The notes under the pieces were generated by a model. The model was not told the origin of the DNA and ran no database searches. It saw nothing but the letters and a program-made list of their open reading frames with translations. A program made the translations under genes and the position numbers. Positions 18,422 through 27,545 of a stretch of DNA of 64,000 bases are shown one piece after another (within the stretch, counting starts at the first letter, position 1; each line of letters starts with the position of its first letter). The DNA comes from Bacillales bacterium (GTDB lineage Bacteria > Bacillota_I > Bacilli_A > RF39 > UBA660): positions 85,791-149,790 of the forward strand of contig JAEEKI010000014.1 of NCBI GenBank assembly GCA_016282375.1, read 5' to 3'.

Positions 18422-20682
18422 CAGTAGTCTTCTTTTGCTTCATTAATAATATCATCAATCTCGCGTATAAATTCACTTCTGTTTTTTGCATTTTCATCAA
18501 TTAATAAGTATACCCTATTCTTAGTTCTTGTAAGAGCTACATAAAATAATCTTCTTTCTTCGGCAAAAGGAATATGCTCTTCAATAGGTTTATTTTTATA
18601 TAACTCTTCATACCAATAAATATTTGTATGAACTGATGGAAATGTTTTATTTAAACCAATAATAATTACTTCATCATAAGTTAAACCTTTTGATTTATGC
18701 ATAGTCATACTATCAATTTGAATATCTTCATTACCTTTGAATGTAATTTTTGAACCTATATCATCAAGTAATTCTTCATCTTCGAGGATACGATTAATCA
18801 TTCTATTAGTTCTGCCTAAAACTAGGATATTATGATCTGGATAATTATCATGTATTTCTAGTATTGTTTTCTTTAAACAATCTATTTCCGCTAGATTATT
18901 TGATGAACTATCAAACTTTTTATAAATAATTGGATTATCAAGATGTTTACTAGATATTAATTTTTTTCTTAATTGATCTGGGTTACGCATAATAAAAGTA
19001 CCTGAATAATCTATTAATTCTTGACTATTACGATATGTCCTAGAAATATTAAAACTTTTAGAACCTTGAAAGAATTTCTCAAAATTATATATATACTCGA
19101 TTCTTGAACCACTGAAAGCATAGATACTTTGCCAATCATCTCCGACTGCATATACTTTAGCATCGTTCTTTTTTGCCGTTTTATATGTTAATTCATATTT
19201 AATTTGAGATATATCTTGATATTCATCAATAATAATATAATCAAAACGTAATTTTGTATCAATAGTTAGTTTTTCCAAATACTTTACTGAGAAATATAAT
19301 AAATCCGCAAAATCAAAATAGTAATAATCTCCCCCAAAAGCGGCTTCGGAATAAAAGTTAGTAAAATTAATTAAATACTTATACTGAATAGCTATCTTTT
19401 CATCATCACAATTATCGACATATTCTTTTGCTCGATCATAATCACTGCGATAAAAAGACTCTTTACGAGTAATTAAACAATCATATAAAAAATATAAGAA
19501 TGGATATACTTGGGATGTTGGATTAAGTCTCAAAAGATGTTCATAAACTTCTTCATCTGATAATTCATGATATACAATACCTAAATCTTTTAATTTTTTA
19601 TCTAGTACATCCACTATGTTTTCTAAAGGTAAACGGTCTATCTCAATAAACTTATTACCTCTTTTTTTATGAAAATCTCTTTTATACTTTCTTATTTTAT
19701 TATACTCTTGATCATCTAAACCGAAATACTCAATATATATTTTTTCACCAGCATAATCAATTGTAAAATCCGGTTTATAAATAGCTCTATTTTCTAATAA
19801 TTCTTCATATACTTCTTCATAATAATAATCAAGTCCATGAGTATATAGGAAATTAGCTATAACCATCTCACCTGCTGATTTAACATATTCTCCTTTTAAA
19901 GAACGAATATCAGTATCTTTTAATAATTGTTTATTAACCTTTTCTTCGATTAAAGTCTTTATATCTTTATTCTTAGCTTCCTCAAGTTTATATTTAACAT
20001 ATCCATCCACTAAATCATCATATGAATCAAATCTTTTATAATTATTTAAAAAGAAATTGCCAAAAATAAACCCTGATTTTTCTTTAACAATATCAAAATT
20101 ATTAATTATTTCTTCAATATGTCTTTTATCTTTAAATATATTTCTAAAGTAATCTAAGAATATTTCATTTTTCTTATTGCGATCCATAATGACACATTTA
20201 CAATCATTAAAAATTTCTTTAATATATTCATAACCTAAAGAATGAAAGGTTGTAATATGAACAGGTAGTTCAAAACTCTCTTCGATTTTACGAGCAATCT
20301 CTTCAGTTGCTTTTCTAGTATAACTCATAACTAAAATACGTTCAGGATCAGCATGTTTTTTATCGACTAAGTATTTAACCTTAGATACCATGGTTGTTGT
20401 TTTACCAGTACCTGCTCCGGCGATTATTAAAGAGTATTTTTCATCAGCTAAAATAGCCTTACATTGTTCTTCATCTAAATGAATATTATCATCAATACCT
20501 TTGTACATGTTAGCAAAGTAGTCTTTATTCTCTAAATATAGTCTATCTAGTATCTTGGTATTATATGCATCTAAATCAAATCCTGAAGGTATTAAACTAC
20601 TTTCATTTTCTTTGATATAATCATATAAATACTTTGAGATATACTCATTATTCTTATATTTACTAACAAACTGACTATCCAT
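18421..20682 (-). CDS. UvrD/Rep-family helicase, helicase IV-like with inserted nuclease-like module
   Basis: AGAGTGKTTT, IIIDEYQD, RTYRN, MTMHKSKGLTYDEV and VALTRTKNRVYL. Insert GEMVIANFLYTHGLDYYYE...YKPDFTI...YIEYFG resembles the HelD/PD-(D/E)xK-like segment. Confidence 0.8.
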   Translation of the reverse strand: MDSQFVSKYKNNEYISKYLYDYIKENESSLIPSGFDLDAYNTKILDRLYLENKDYFANMYKGIDDNIHLDEEQCKAILADEKYSLIIAGAGTGKTTTMVSKVKYLVDKKHADPERILVMSYTRKATEEIARKIEESFELPVHITTFHSLGYEYIKEIFNDCKCVIMDRNKKNEIFLDYFRNIFKDKRHIEEIINNFDIVKEKSGFIFGNFFLNNYKRFDSYDDLVDGYVKYKLEEAKNKDIKTLIEEKVNKQLLKDTDIRSLKGEYVKSAGEMVIANFLYTHGLDYYYEEVYEELLENRAIYKPDFTIDYAGEKIYIEYFGLDDQEYNKIRKYKRDFHKKRGNKFIEIDRLPLENIVDVLDKKLKDLGIVYHELSDEEVYEHLLRLNPTSQVYPFLYFLYDCLITRKESFYRSDYDRAKEYVDNCDDEKIAIQYKYLINFTNFYSEAAFGGDYYYFDFADLLYFSVKYLEKLTIDTKLRFDYIIIDEYQDISQIKYELTYKTAKKNDAKVYAVGDDWQSIYAFSGSRIEYIYNFEKFFQGSKSFNISRTYRNSQELIDYSGTFIMRNPDQLRKKLISSKHLDNPIIYKKFDSSSNNLAEIDCLKKTILEIHDNYPDHNILVLGRTNRMINRILEDEELLDDIGSKITFKGNEDIQIDSMTMHKSKGLTYDEVIIIGLNKTFPSVHTNIYWYEELYKNKPIEEHIPFAEERRLFYVALTRTKNRVYLLIDENAKNRSEFIREIDDIINEAKEDY

Positions 20683-20723
20683 ACTTCCTACCTATAATAA
20701 CATTATACCATATTACTCCAATT

Positions 20724-20746
20724 AAAAAAGACTACATAGTAGTCTT
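20724..20746 (-). terminator. terminator of the AAA/VWA operon; same hairpin sequence as at 18399-18421
   Basis: AAGACTAC-TAT-GTAGTCTT followed by TTTTTT (minus strand). Confidence 0.65.
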
Positions 20747-21143
20747 AAATATATTTATCGTAGATACCATCTTCAAATTCAGCTCGATCAAGAATAGTAA
20801 TATTATGTTCTAAAGCTAAATCTTTCATTTCCATATCAGTATAAAAATTAGTTATGATTAAGCCATGGTTAACATTTTCTTTTTCCATATCTTTAAGAGT
20901 TTCTTTAATATGCTTTTCTTTAATCTTGGTATTTAAAAATGACTGAGCTGTATATCTAACTCCATCTTTAGTAACTATTTGGTCATTATCATTAATTTTA
21001 TCACCATCACATACTCTTACATCATCAATCTTAAGATAATCATAATGTTTTTTATAAAACATGGTATTAACATAATTTCTAAACTCTCTTGGTTCCATAT
21101 AGTTATCAACTATATCTATTTCTTTTATCTTTTTTTCTTCCAT
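20745..21143 (-). CDS. small cytoplasmic protein, possibly with a degenerate Mrr/restriction-endonuclease-like fold
   Basis: Last gene of the AAA/VWA operon, with a strong terminator at its stop. The layout FRNYV...CDGDKI...RYTAQSF...GLIITN loosely follows Mrr_cat, but the catalytic Lys is not evident. Confidence 0.3.
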   Translation of the reverse strand: MEEKKIKEIDIVDNYMEPREFRNYVNTMFYKKHYDYLKIDDVRVCDGDKINDNDQIVTKDGVRYTAQSFLNTKIKEKHIKETLKDMEKENVNHGLIITNFYTDMEMKDLALEHNITILDRAEFEDGIYDKYI

Positions 21144-21160
21144 TTTATTGTCTCCTTTTA

Positions 21161-22792
21161 CTATCTACGGCCTCGACCATAATTGTCTTCTTCGGTATAA
21201 GTTAATTCTGTTGATAACATATCTTTATAGTCTTTTTCACTGACATGAATAATTCTTCCTCCAACTGGAGTAAAGTCCATTTTATCGCCAAAAACAATCC
21301 ATATAATATCTGGTACTCTTGTTACTTGAGGTCTTCCTAAACATCCATCAGTAAAGACAATTTTGACCATTTCCTTTCCAGGATCGGGTGAAAATGATGT
21401 CGCTGCTAATTCAAAATTAGTACCACCACCTATTACTGGTCGATATTCAGCTATTTCTTTTTTACTTCTTATAACTTGAAAATCAGTAACAGTATCAGAA
21501 AAAGTGCCTACTTTCATAGTTAAATCTTCTTCATCATATATTTCTTCAAAGATTTCATATAATTGTAATAAAAATCCTCTTAATAAACTCATTGATATAG
21601 AGCTTGAAACATCTAGTCGTACTTCAATAGAACATAATCCTTCGATAATTCTTTCTTCCACCCGTGGATTAGGATAACTTCTAGAAGATCTTCTTGTACT
21701 CCAAACTTCTTCCGTTTTTTCTAAGATACCTGTTAATAACATTTTCCAAGATAGAATTGGCTTTGTTGGTTCAGCTTTACCGATTCCATTTTGAGCTCTA
21801 ATTTTTGATAATGAACTTTGGGCATCTTTTTGACTTTGTTTTTCACGATTTTCTAATTCTTTATTAAAGATGTCTTCATCATCAATATGTTCTTCTTGAC
21901 TCTCAGTTGTTGACTGTCTTTGTGAATCCTTTTTGTCTTCTTCTTTACTATTATCTTTTGATTTACCTGTCCATTGTTCATGGGAATCAAATCCATCATA
22001 CTCATCAGGGTTTATGTTATCAATCGATGATGAATTATTATTTCCTTGTTCTTGCTTATTATCATTTTCATTATCTTGACTATTTTGATCACTACTTTGT
22101 TTTTGACCATCACTTTGTTCTTGTGAATTATTTTGATTTTGGGAATTTTGATTGTTACCTGAAGATTGTTGATTACCTTGATTATTATGCTCTTGATTTT
22201 TTTGTTCTTCTTGTTTTTTCTTTGCTTCTTCCTCTTCTTTTTGAACTAATTGATCATATATTTTTTCGGCACTTTTAACTAAACCATCTGCTAATTCCAC
22301 AAACTGCATTTTTTGACCAGTCTTTGGATTTGTAACATTTGTTGGGAAAGAAAATCCATCTTTTTTTAAGAAAGCATTAATACAAGCATCTGTAGCTATA
22401 TTCCAAACTCTTTGATAATGCATATGTAACTGTGCTCTTTTAGCTTGTCTTTTTGCCTCATCCGTTTCTATTTGACAATACTCATCATATTTTCTTTGTT
22501 CATCTTTTTCTGGTTTGTCTAAAGACCTAGCAAAGTGTTTTAAAGCAATGTGCATTGCTTCATGAGCCAAAACAAAAACTCGCTCACTAAAAGATAAGCG
22601 ATCAAAAAAATCAGGATTAACAACGATTTTTTTTATTTCAATAATGCCTTTATCATTTTTTTCACCGACCACAGCCGCCGTATCGATACTTTTATCAAGT
22701 TCTATATCTACGCCATGTAAAGCAAGACCAGCCGTAAGTTGATATCTTCTGACAACGGATTTTTTAACTTTTTCTAATTCTTCGACAGTCAT
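21161..22792 (-). CDS. VWA-domain / putative metallopeptidase protein (DUF2201-like) with Q/N/S-rich linker
   Basis: VLAHEAMHIALKH and NIATDACINAFL (DUF2201_N-type HExxH). C-terminal VWA-like VRLDVSSSIS...GGGTNF...VFTDG. About 145 aa of low complexity lie between them. Confidence 0.7.
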   Translation of the reverse strand: MTVEELEKVKKSVVRRYQLTAGLALHGVDIELDKSIDTAAVVGEKNDKGIIEIKKIVVNPDFFDRLSFSERVFVLAHEAMHIALKHFARSLDKPEKDEQRKYDEYCQIETDEAKRQAKRAQLHMHYQRVWNIATDACINAFLKKDGFSFPTNVTNPKTGQKMQFVELADGLVKSAEKIYDQLVQKEEEEAKKKQEEQKNQEHNNQGNQQSSGNNQNSQNQNNSQEQSDGQKQSSDQNSQDNENDNKQEQGNNNSSSIDNINPDEYDGFDSHEQWTGKSKDNSKEEDKKDSQRQSTTESQEEHIDDEDIFNKELENREKQSQKDAQSSLSKIRAQNGIGKAEPTKPILSWKMLLTGILEKTEEVWSTRRSSRSYPNPRVEERIIEGLCSIEVRLDVSSSISMSLLRGFLLQLYEIFEEIYDEEDLTMKVGTFSDTVTDFQVIRSKKEIAEYRPVIGGGTNFELAATSFSPDPGKEMVKIVFTDGCLGRPQVTRVPDIIWIVFGDKMDFTPVGGRIIHVSEKDYKDMLSTELTYTEEDNYGRGRR

Positions 22793-22794
22793 AA

Positions 22795-23196
22795 TTATTC
22801 CTGAATTTCTATGTATTGTACTGCTTCCATTATTTCAGGAAGAATTGGACATTTAGTATTGGCATTGATGATAATCCTTAGATTACTTGGTAGTTTTTCA
22901 CTAGAAATACAATTACGACAAATAATATCCATAAACAATTTTTGTTCTTCAAGAGATATTTTATCAAAATCAGTTATACATAAAATATTAGTAGTTTCAT
23001 ACCCATTTTTTAATACTCTTAAATACCATAATGGATAATTATTACCATTAATAATTAAATCTTTCTTAGGAATAGTCGCAGATATCTTCGTAATATAATC
23101 ATTATCTTTAATATCCATTGTCCCTGAAACATAAATGGGAATAACATAATCAAGTAAACTTTCTTTAATAATAGCTAAAACTTCATCACTTTTCAT
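22795..23196 (-). CDS. hypothetical 133-aa protein resembling an AAA+ core that lacks Walker A
   Basis: ILCITDFDKISLEEQKLFMDII...LPSNLRIIINAN resembles the MoxR Walker-B/sensor-1 region. No P-loop is present. Gaps of 11 nt and 2 nt to the neighbouring genes. Confidence 0.45.
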   Translation of the reverse strand: MKSDEVLAIIKESLLDYVIPIYVSGTMDIKDNDYITKISATIPKKDLIINGNNYPLWYLRVLKNGYETTNILCITDFDKISLEEQKLFMDIICRNCISSEKLPSNLRIIINANTKCPILPEIMEAVQYIEIQE

Positions 23197-23207
23197 TTAA
23201 TTCCTCC

Positions 23208-25838
23208 TTATCTTACTGGGGCACTTACTGTAACCGTTTCTGAAGCTGCCTTTAAGACATTATTTCGATGTTTTTTCATAGATTGATAAACGGATAAGAA
23301 TTCATCGCCTAAACACTCACAAATAAAGCTCTCGATTGTTATTTCATCACCATCATATTCGGAAATAATAATACCTAAAGCATAATATTTATCTTCAATG
23401 CTTGGAAAATCATAAGCAGTATACTCGCCATTTTTTATTTTATCCATCTCCACAATAAAAGGTTTTGTGTAATGTTCATAAAAAATCTCGGCGATAGTTT
23501 GTTCATCTACGGCTTTAATTTTTTGGCCTCCCAAAACGGATTGAATTCTTCCAAAACTTGCCTTATTTCTAACTCCACCTCTTGCTTCGGCTGCATATAT
23601 CACTTTGGATACTTGTTCCCAAGTTCGAGGTGTTAAAAATTTACTTGTAACGTTTTCAGGATCATATTGACTAAACATTACTTTATCGGGATGAGCATAG
23701 CAAAAAGAAAAAACAGTTGGATGGATACGTAATTTTCCTGTCAAAGGATTAGTCTCTAATGCCCAAGTGGCCCATTCATCAATATCAAATTCTATCTCTA
23801 ACATGGAATCAACCCGGTTATGAAGAGGTTTAGGCATAATACCACCACTTCGATCAACTCTAACTGCTGAAGATTCTTCTGGTCTATTACCAGCAACTAC
23901 GATAGAACAGTTATCTGGTAATGGCCACTCTTCATGACCGCTTACTAATCGAGCTCCAATTACCTCCCAAACAAGATTTTTAATAGTATCATTTACATTT
24001 GTAAATTCATCTATAAACAAAACATGCTTACGATTAGGTTCAGCCTGACACTTTTGACATAAAACAACATACCAATGTGGTGGATATATTTCTCCTGGAT
24101 TACCATTAGGTTCTTTACCACCAATTACTTCTTCTGATAACATACCATTTTTTAAGATTAATAATGTTGCTGTTGGGTCTATTTCAAAAACCCGACTACT
24201 TTTTCCTACTCCAGATGGTCCCCATAACATGGTTGATAAACCATCTTCAATGTTAAGACGTAACTTCTCTGTAACATTTTCTTCATGCTCAATTGTATAC
24301 ACTTGAGAAATAATTTTATCTTTTAACTTTTTAGCATTAGCTAACAAAGTCTTCTTTTGCTTGTCTTGAAATCTATCCGCCGCTGTTACAACCGCTGAGG
24401 CTACTTTATAACCAGCATTTGGATGTTTCATAACATTATCTAATACATTAAAATCGAAAGATTTATTAACGATACTTATTAAAACTGCTTCATGTAAATC
24501 ATTCTCTAATAATTTATTAATAAGTTTTTCATAATTATTAGATTTATATATTGCTTCGACTAATGCTAAAGCTAATTTGGTATCTAAATTAGGATATTCA
24601 ATTGCTCTAGACAATACTTCATCAGAAAAATTTTCGCTAATCAATAGACAGATATCATCTGTATTTAGTCCATCAATGGCAAAAAAGGCATCGATATCTT
24701 CACTACTAAACCTACCTTTATTAATCATCAAGTTAATTCTAACCTTTTTATCTGATAAAGGATTGGCAATTATTTTGCTAACAACTTCATCAGAAATTTT
24801 ATTCTTAGCCATTTGCGCTAATATTGCTCCTGTACAACATGGATGATTAATGATAGCAAAATAGACATCAGACATACTATATTCAAAGGCAGATAATAAT
24901 TTAACAAGTTCAGTTGCTACCGCTTCATTAAAAGCAGGACTATTAATAATATTAAGGAATCTTGTTGTTGTACTAGATACTGGATATCCAACAATACTAA
25001 GACTCATATTCCTTATAATACTTAATAATACATTCGGAGTAACGTTCGGAGCACTACATATATTTAGACAATATTTATAAGCATCCATTTTTAATAAAGT
25101 ATCTTCCGTACAATATGGCGAACTAATTATCTCAGCACCAAAACTATTTTTTAATCTTTCAAGGTTTGCTATGACAGAACTTTCAAATACCTCTTTAGTC
25201 ATTTTAGGGTGACTTAAAGCTTTACCGACAAAATCATAAGCCAAACTAGAAGTACTAAGACAGGCTTCTAATGCGCTTTTTAAATTATCGGATGTAAAGG
25301 CTGGATTATTCATACAAGCTGTTAGAACATCAACACTTGACCTAGCTTTAATAATAGCATCAATAACGACTGATGTACACTTACTATTCTGAAGGATTAA
25401 TAAACAAACATTTCGAAGGAACTCAAGTGTACGATTTGCCTTCACAGAAGAAATTATTAACAATAAATGTTCTTCGGTTAAATATGGACATTCAAGAATA
25501 GCTTTAATAATTGATATATCATTAAGGAAACCATATTGAATTAATTTAGTCAATAATTGAGAATTAAAATGTGTATTGCTAATAATTGATGGATATAAAT
25601 ATATAGAATTTAAATTAGTAACCTTATCCAAGACTACGCTTAAAACATTCTCATCACAAACAGGGCTTTTTAAAACAGCATTATATACATCCTCATTATT
25701 ACACTTTTTAACAGCGGTAATAAGTACTAGGGGTGTTACACCAGGATCTTCTTTAATAATATTTTTAACTATAGTATAACTATAAGAATAATCATTTATC
25801 TTTTTTATTAACTCTTCTTCTGTACTACCATTAATCAT
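23208..25838 (-). CDS. MoxR/AAA_5-like ATPase with ~500-aa N-terminal LRV/HEAT-like repeat array
   Basis: C-terminal half has LWGPSGVGKSS and VLFIDEFTNV...VVAGNRPEES...LHNRV. The N-terminal half has about 12 repeats of the type (I/L)xxxPxx(T/S)xxxLxxx. AGGTGGTG RBS precedes the ATG at 25838. Confidence 0.72.
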   Translation of the reverse strand: MINGSTEEELIKKINDYSYSYTIVKNIIKEDPGVTPLVLITAVKKCNNEDVYNAVLKSPVCDENVLSVVLDKVTNLNSIYLYPSIISNTHFNSQLLTKLIQYGFLNDISIIKAILECPYLTEEHLLLIISSVKANRTLEFLRNVCLLILQNSKCTSVVIDAIIKARSSVDVLTACMNNPAFTSDNLKSALEACLSTSSLAYDFVGKALSHPKMTKEVFESSVIANLERLKNSFGAEIISSPYCTEDTLLKMDAYKYCLNICSAPNVTPNVLLSIIRNMSLSIVGYPVSSTTTRFLNIINSPAFNEAVATELVKLLSAFEYSMSDVYFAIINHPCCTGAILAQMAKNKISDEVVSKIIANPLSDKKVRINLMINKGRFSSEDIDAFFAIDGLNTDDICLLISENFSDEVLSRAIEYPNLDTKLALALVEAIYKSNNYEKLINKLLENDLHEAVLISIVNKSFDFNVLDNVMKHPNAGYKVASAVVTAADRFQDKQKKTLLANAKKLKDKIISQVYTIEHEENVTEKLRLNIEDGLSTMLWGPSGVGKSSRVFEIDPTATLLILKNGMLSEEVIGGKEPNGNPGEIYPPHWYVVLCQKCQAEPNRKHVLFIDEFTNVNDTIKNLVWEVIGARLVSGHEEWPLPDNCSIVVAGNRPEESSAVRVDRSGGIMPKPLHNRVDSMLEIEFDIDEWATWALETNPLTGKLRIHPTVFSFCYAHPDKVMFSQYDPENVTSKFLTPRTWEQVSKVIYAAEARGGVRNKASFGRIQSVLGGQKIKAVDEQTIAEIFYEHYTKPFIVEMDKIKNGEYTAYDFPSIEDKYYALGIIISEYDGDEITIESFICECLGDEFLSVYQSMKKHRNNVLKAASETVTVSAPVR

Positions 25839-25910
25839 AATATACACCACCTATTATAAATATCATAACATATAATTAAATACATATAAATAAAAAAGTA
25901 TATTTCAAGG

Positions 25911-26045
25911 CATAAAAAAATATGCAGTATGTCGGACATGCATATTTTTCTGCGGAGTTTTTCAACTATGAGTATATCGACATTTAACTCATAGCCCTTA
26001 TCAAGATTCCGCGAGTGACACCCAGTTAATAGCCTTGATAAAATT
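25911..26045 (-). promoter_or_regulatory. structured leader or small RNA with intrinsic terminator upstream of the LRV-AAA operon
   Basis: Minus-strand stems UUAUCAAG/CUUGAUAA, GCGGA/UCCGC and CUAUGAG/CUCAUAG. Then AAAAAUAUGCA-loop-UGCAUAUUUUUUU, about 70 nt before the start codon at 25838. Confidence 0.35.
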
Positions 26046-26380
26046 TTTCAACCATTAATTTATTTTTTTATCACATTCATCTAATTAATACAGTTAAGTA
26101 AATAATTCTATAAATATGACTTTATAAATTAATATTGTAGCTTTTCTTATAAATACTTATTTTATTAAATATTTATAATTTTTCAATTATTTATTTATAC
26201 TGTTACATATATTTAAATAATTTACTCTTTTAATTAAATTTAAATTTCTTTAAACTTAATTTTAACTATTTGTTAATAGCTATTGCTACTACTCTATTAA
26301 CTGTTTATACTATACCATATTCATAACTAAGATGTCAATCACTTTTTGAAAAATTATTTTATTTTTTTGTAAAGTAACAA

Positions 26381-26412
26381 AAAAACAAGTTACTTCCTAA
26401 TAACTTGTTTTT
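26381..26412 (-). terminator. terminator after the 26425-27525 gene
   Basis: 12-bp stem AAAAACAAGTTA/TAACTTGTTTTT, with the T-run extended on the minus strand. Confidence 0.7.
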
Positions 26413-26424
26413 AATTTCTTATTA

Positions 26425-27525
26425 CTATGGAGTTGATGGACCATCTAATGTGAAGCCAATGTTGAATGTTAAGAATGCACCAGATGCAGAAGTATCACAG
26501 TCGATATCTTGTCCTTCTATCCAGATATAAACCCGAATTTTTGTTACACCAGCACTTAATGATAAACCAATATCCATTGGATCACCTGTTCCTGATGAGA
26601 ATGCTGTATTAGTTCTCTTAATATTGCTACCTGTCATAGCAGTAAATACTGAACTGTTATCAGTAGCATTTGTATTAGGCCATGCTATTTCATTAGCATC
26701 TGAGATAGTTGTCTTAACTCCATCCCATGAAACCCAATCGTTACCACTACTATTAGCAGTTAATGATGCATATGTTGCATTAGCTACGGTACCATAAGTA
26801 TAATCTTGATAATACAAACGAGCTTGTTCAATACCGTATGCATTGTGTCCATCATAATTTGGTTCAACAATAATTGCACTACTTCCACCAGTATAACCTG
26901 CTAATGTTTTTGGATCAGTTGTTGCAGTATTATTACCTTCTACGATAAACGCATACCTAGCAGCATATTGAGCACCTTTATCAGCTTTCGTAGCTGTAAC
27001 AGTAGCACCAGAACCTGCATCTAAGTATACGGTTCCTGCTTCATCTAGTTTTAAGAAAATATCGAAGGCGATAAAATCACCAATTGTTGTTGATTTTGCT
27101 TCAGGTGATGCAACTGCTGTTAAGCCTAAAACGCCATCATTATTTTTATCTTCAATAGTTCCTTTAAACATTGCCATCTTTCCACTTGATATGGCACCTA
27201 CAGTAGATACTGGTACAAGATTAGTTAAACTGAACATATTTTCATCAACTAAGTCATTTGTATCATCGTTATCAGTTGTATCAAATGAATATCCTGTAGT
27301 TATATCACCATTAGAAATTAATGTCTTCCATGTATTTGCATCCGTCGAAATTTGGATACCACTACTCGTAGCAACGGTTACATTAATGGCATCAATAGTA
27401 ACATTTCTATTTGCCGTAAACCATGCATACGTTGATGTTGCTAACAAAATTATTGTCAGGAATAGCAGTAGCAGTAAAGAACCTAATTTTCTTTTCTTCT
27501 TTCCATTTTTCTTTTTAGAACTCAT
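26425..27525 (-). CDS. exported protein with SipW-cognate (TasA-like) N-terminus
   Basis: KKKRK-LLLLLFLTIILLATSTYAWFTAN. C-terminal motif IRVYIWIEGQDIDCD is shared with the upstream gene. Confidence 0.65.
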   Translation of the reverse strand: MSSKKKNGKKKRKLGSLLLLLFLTIILLATSTYAWFTANRNVTIDAINVTVATSSGIQISTDANTWKTLISNGDITTGYSFDTTDNDDTNDLVDENMFSLTNLVPVSTVGAISSGKMAMFKGTIEDKNNDGVLGLTAVASPEAKSTTIGDFIAFDIFLKLDEAGTVYLDAGSGATVTATKADKGAQYAARYAFIVEGNNTATTDPKTLAGYTGGSSAIIVEPNYDGHNAYGIEQARLYYQDYTYGTVANATYASLTANSSGNDWVSWDGVKTTISDANEIAWPNTNATDNSSVFTAMTGSNIKRTNTAFSSGTGDPMDIGLSLSAGVTKIRVYIWIEGQDIDCDTSASGAFLTFNIGFTLDGPSTP

Positions 27526-27545
27526 TTAATTCACTCCATTTCATT

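Noticed and set aside
26046-26380. 335-bp extremely AT-rich ORF-free spacer with many promoter-like hexamers
   Set aside because: In DNA this AT-rich, -10/-35 look-alikes are expected by chance. No specific element could be supported beyond the adjacent structured leader.
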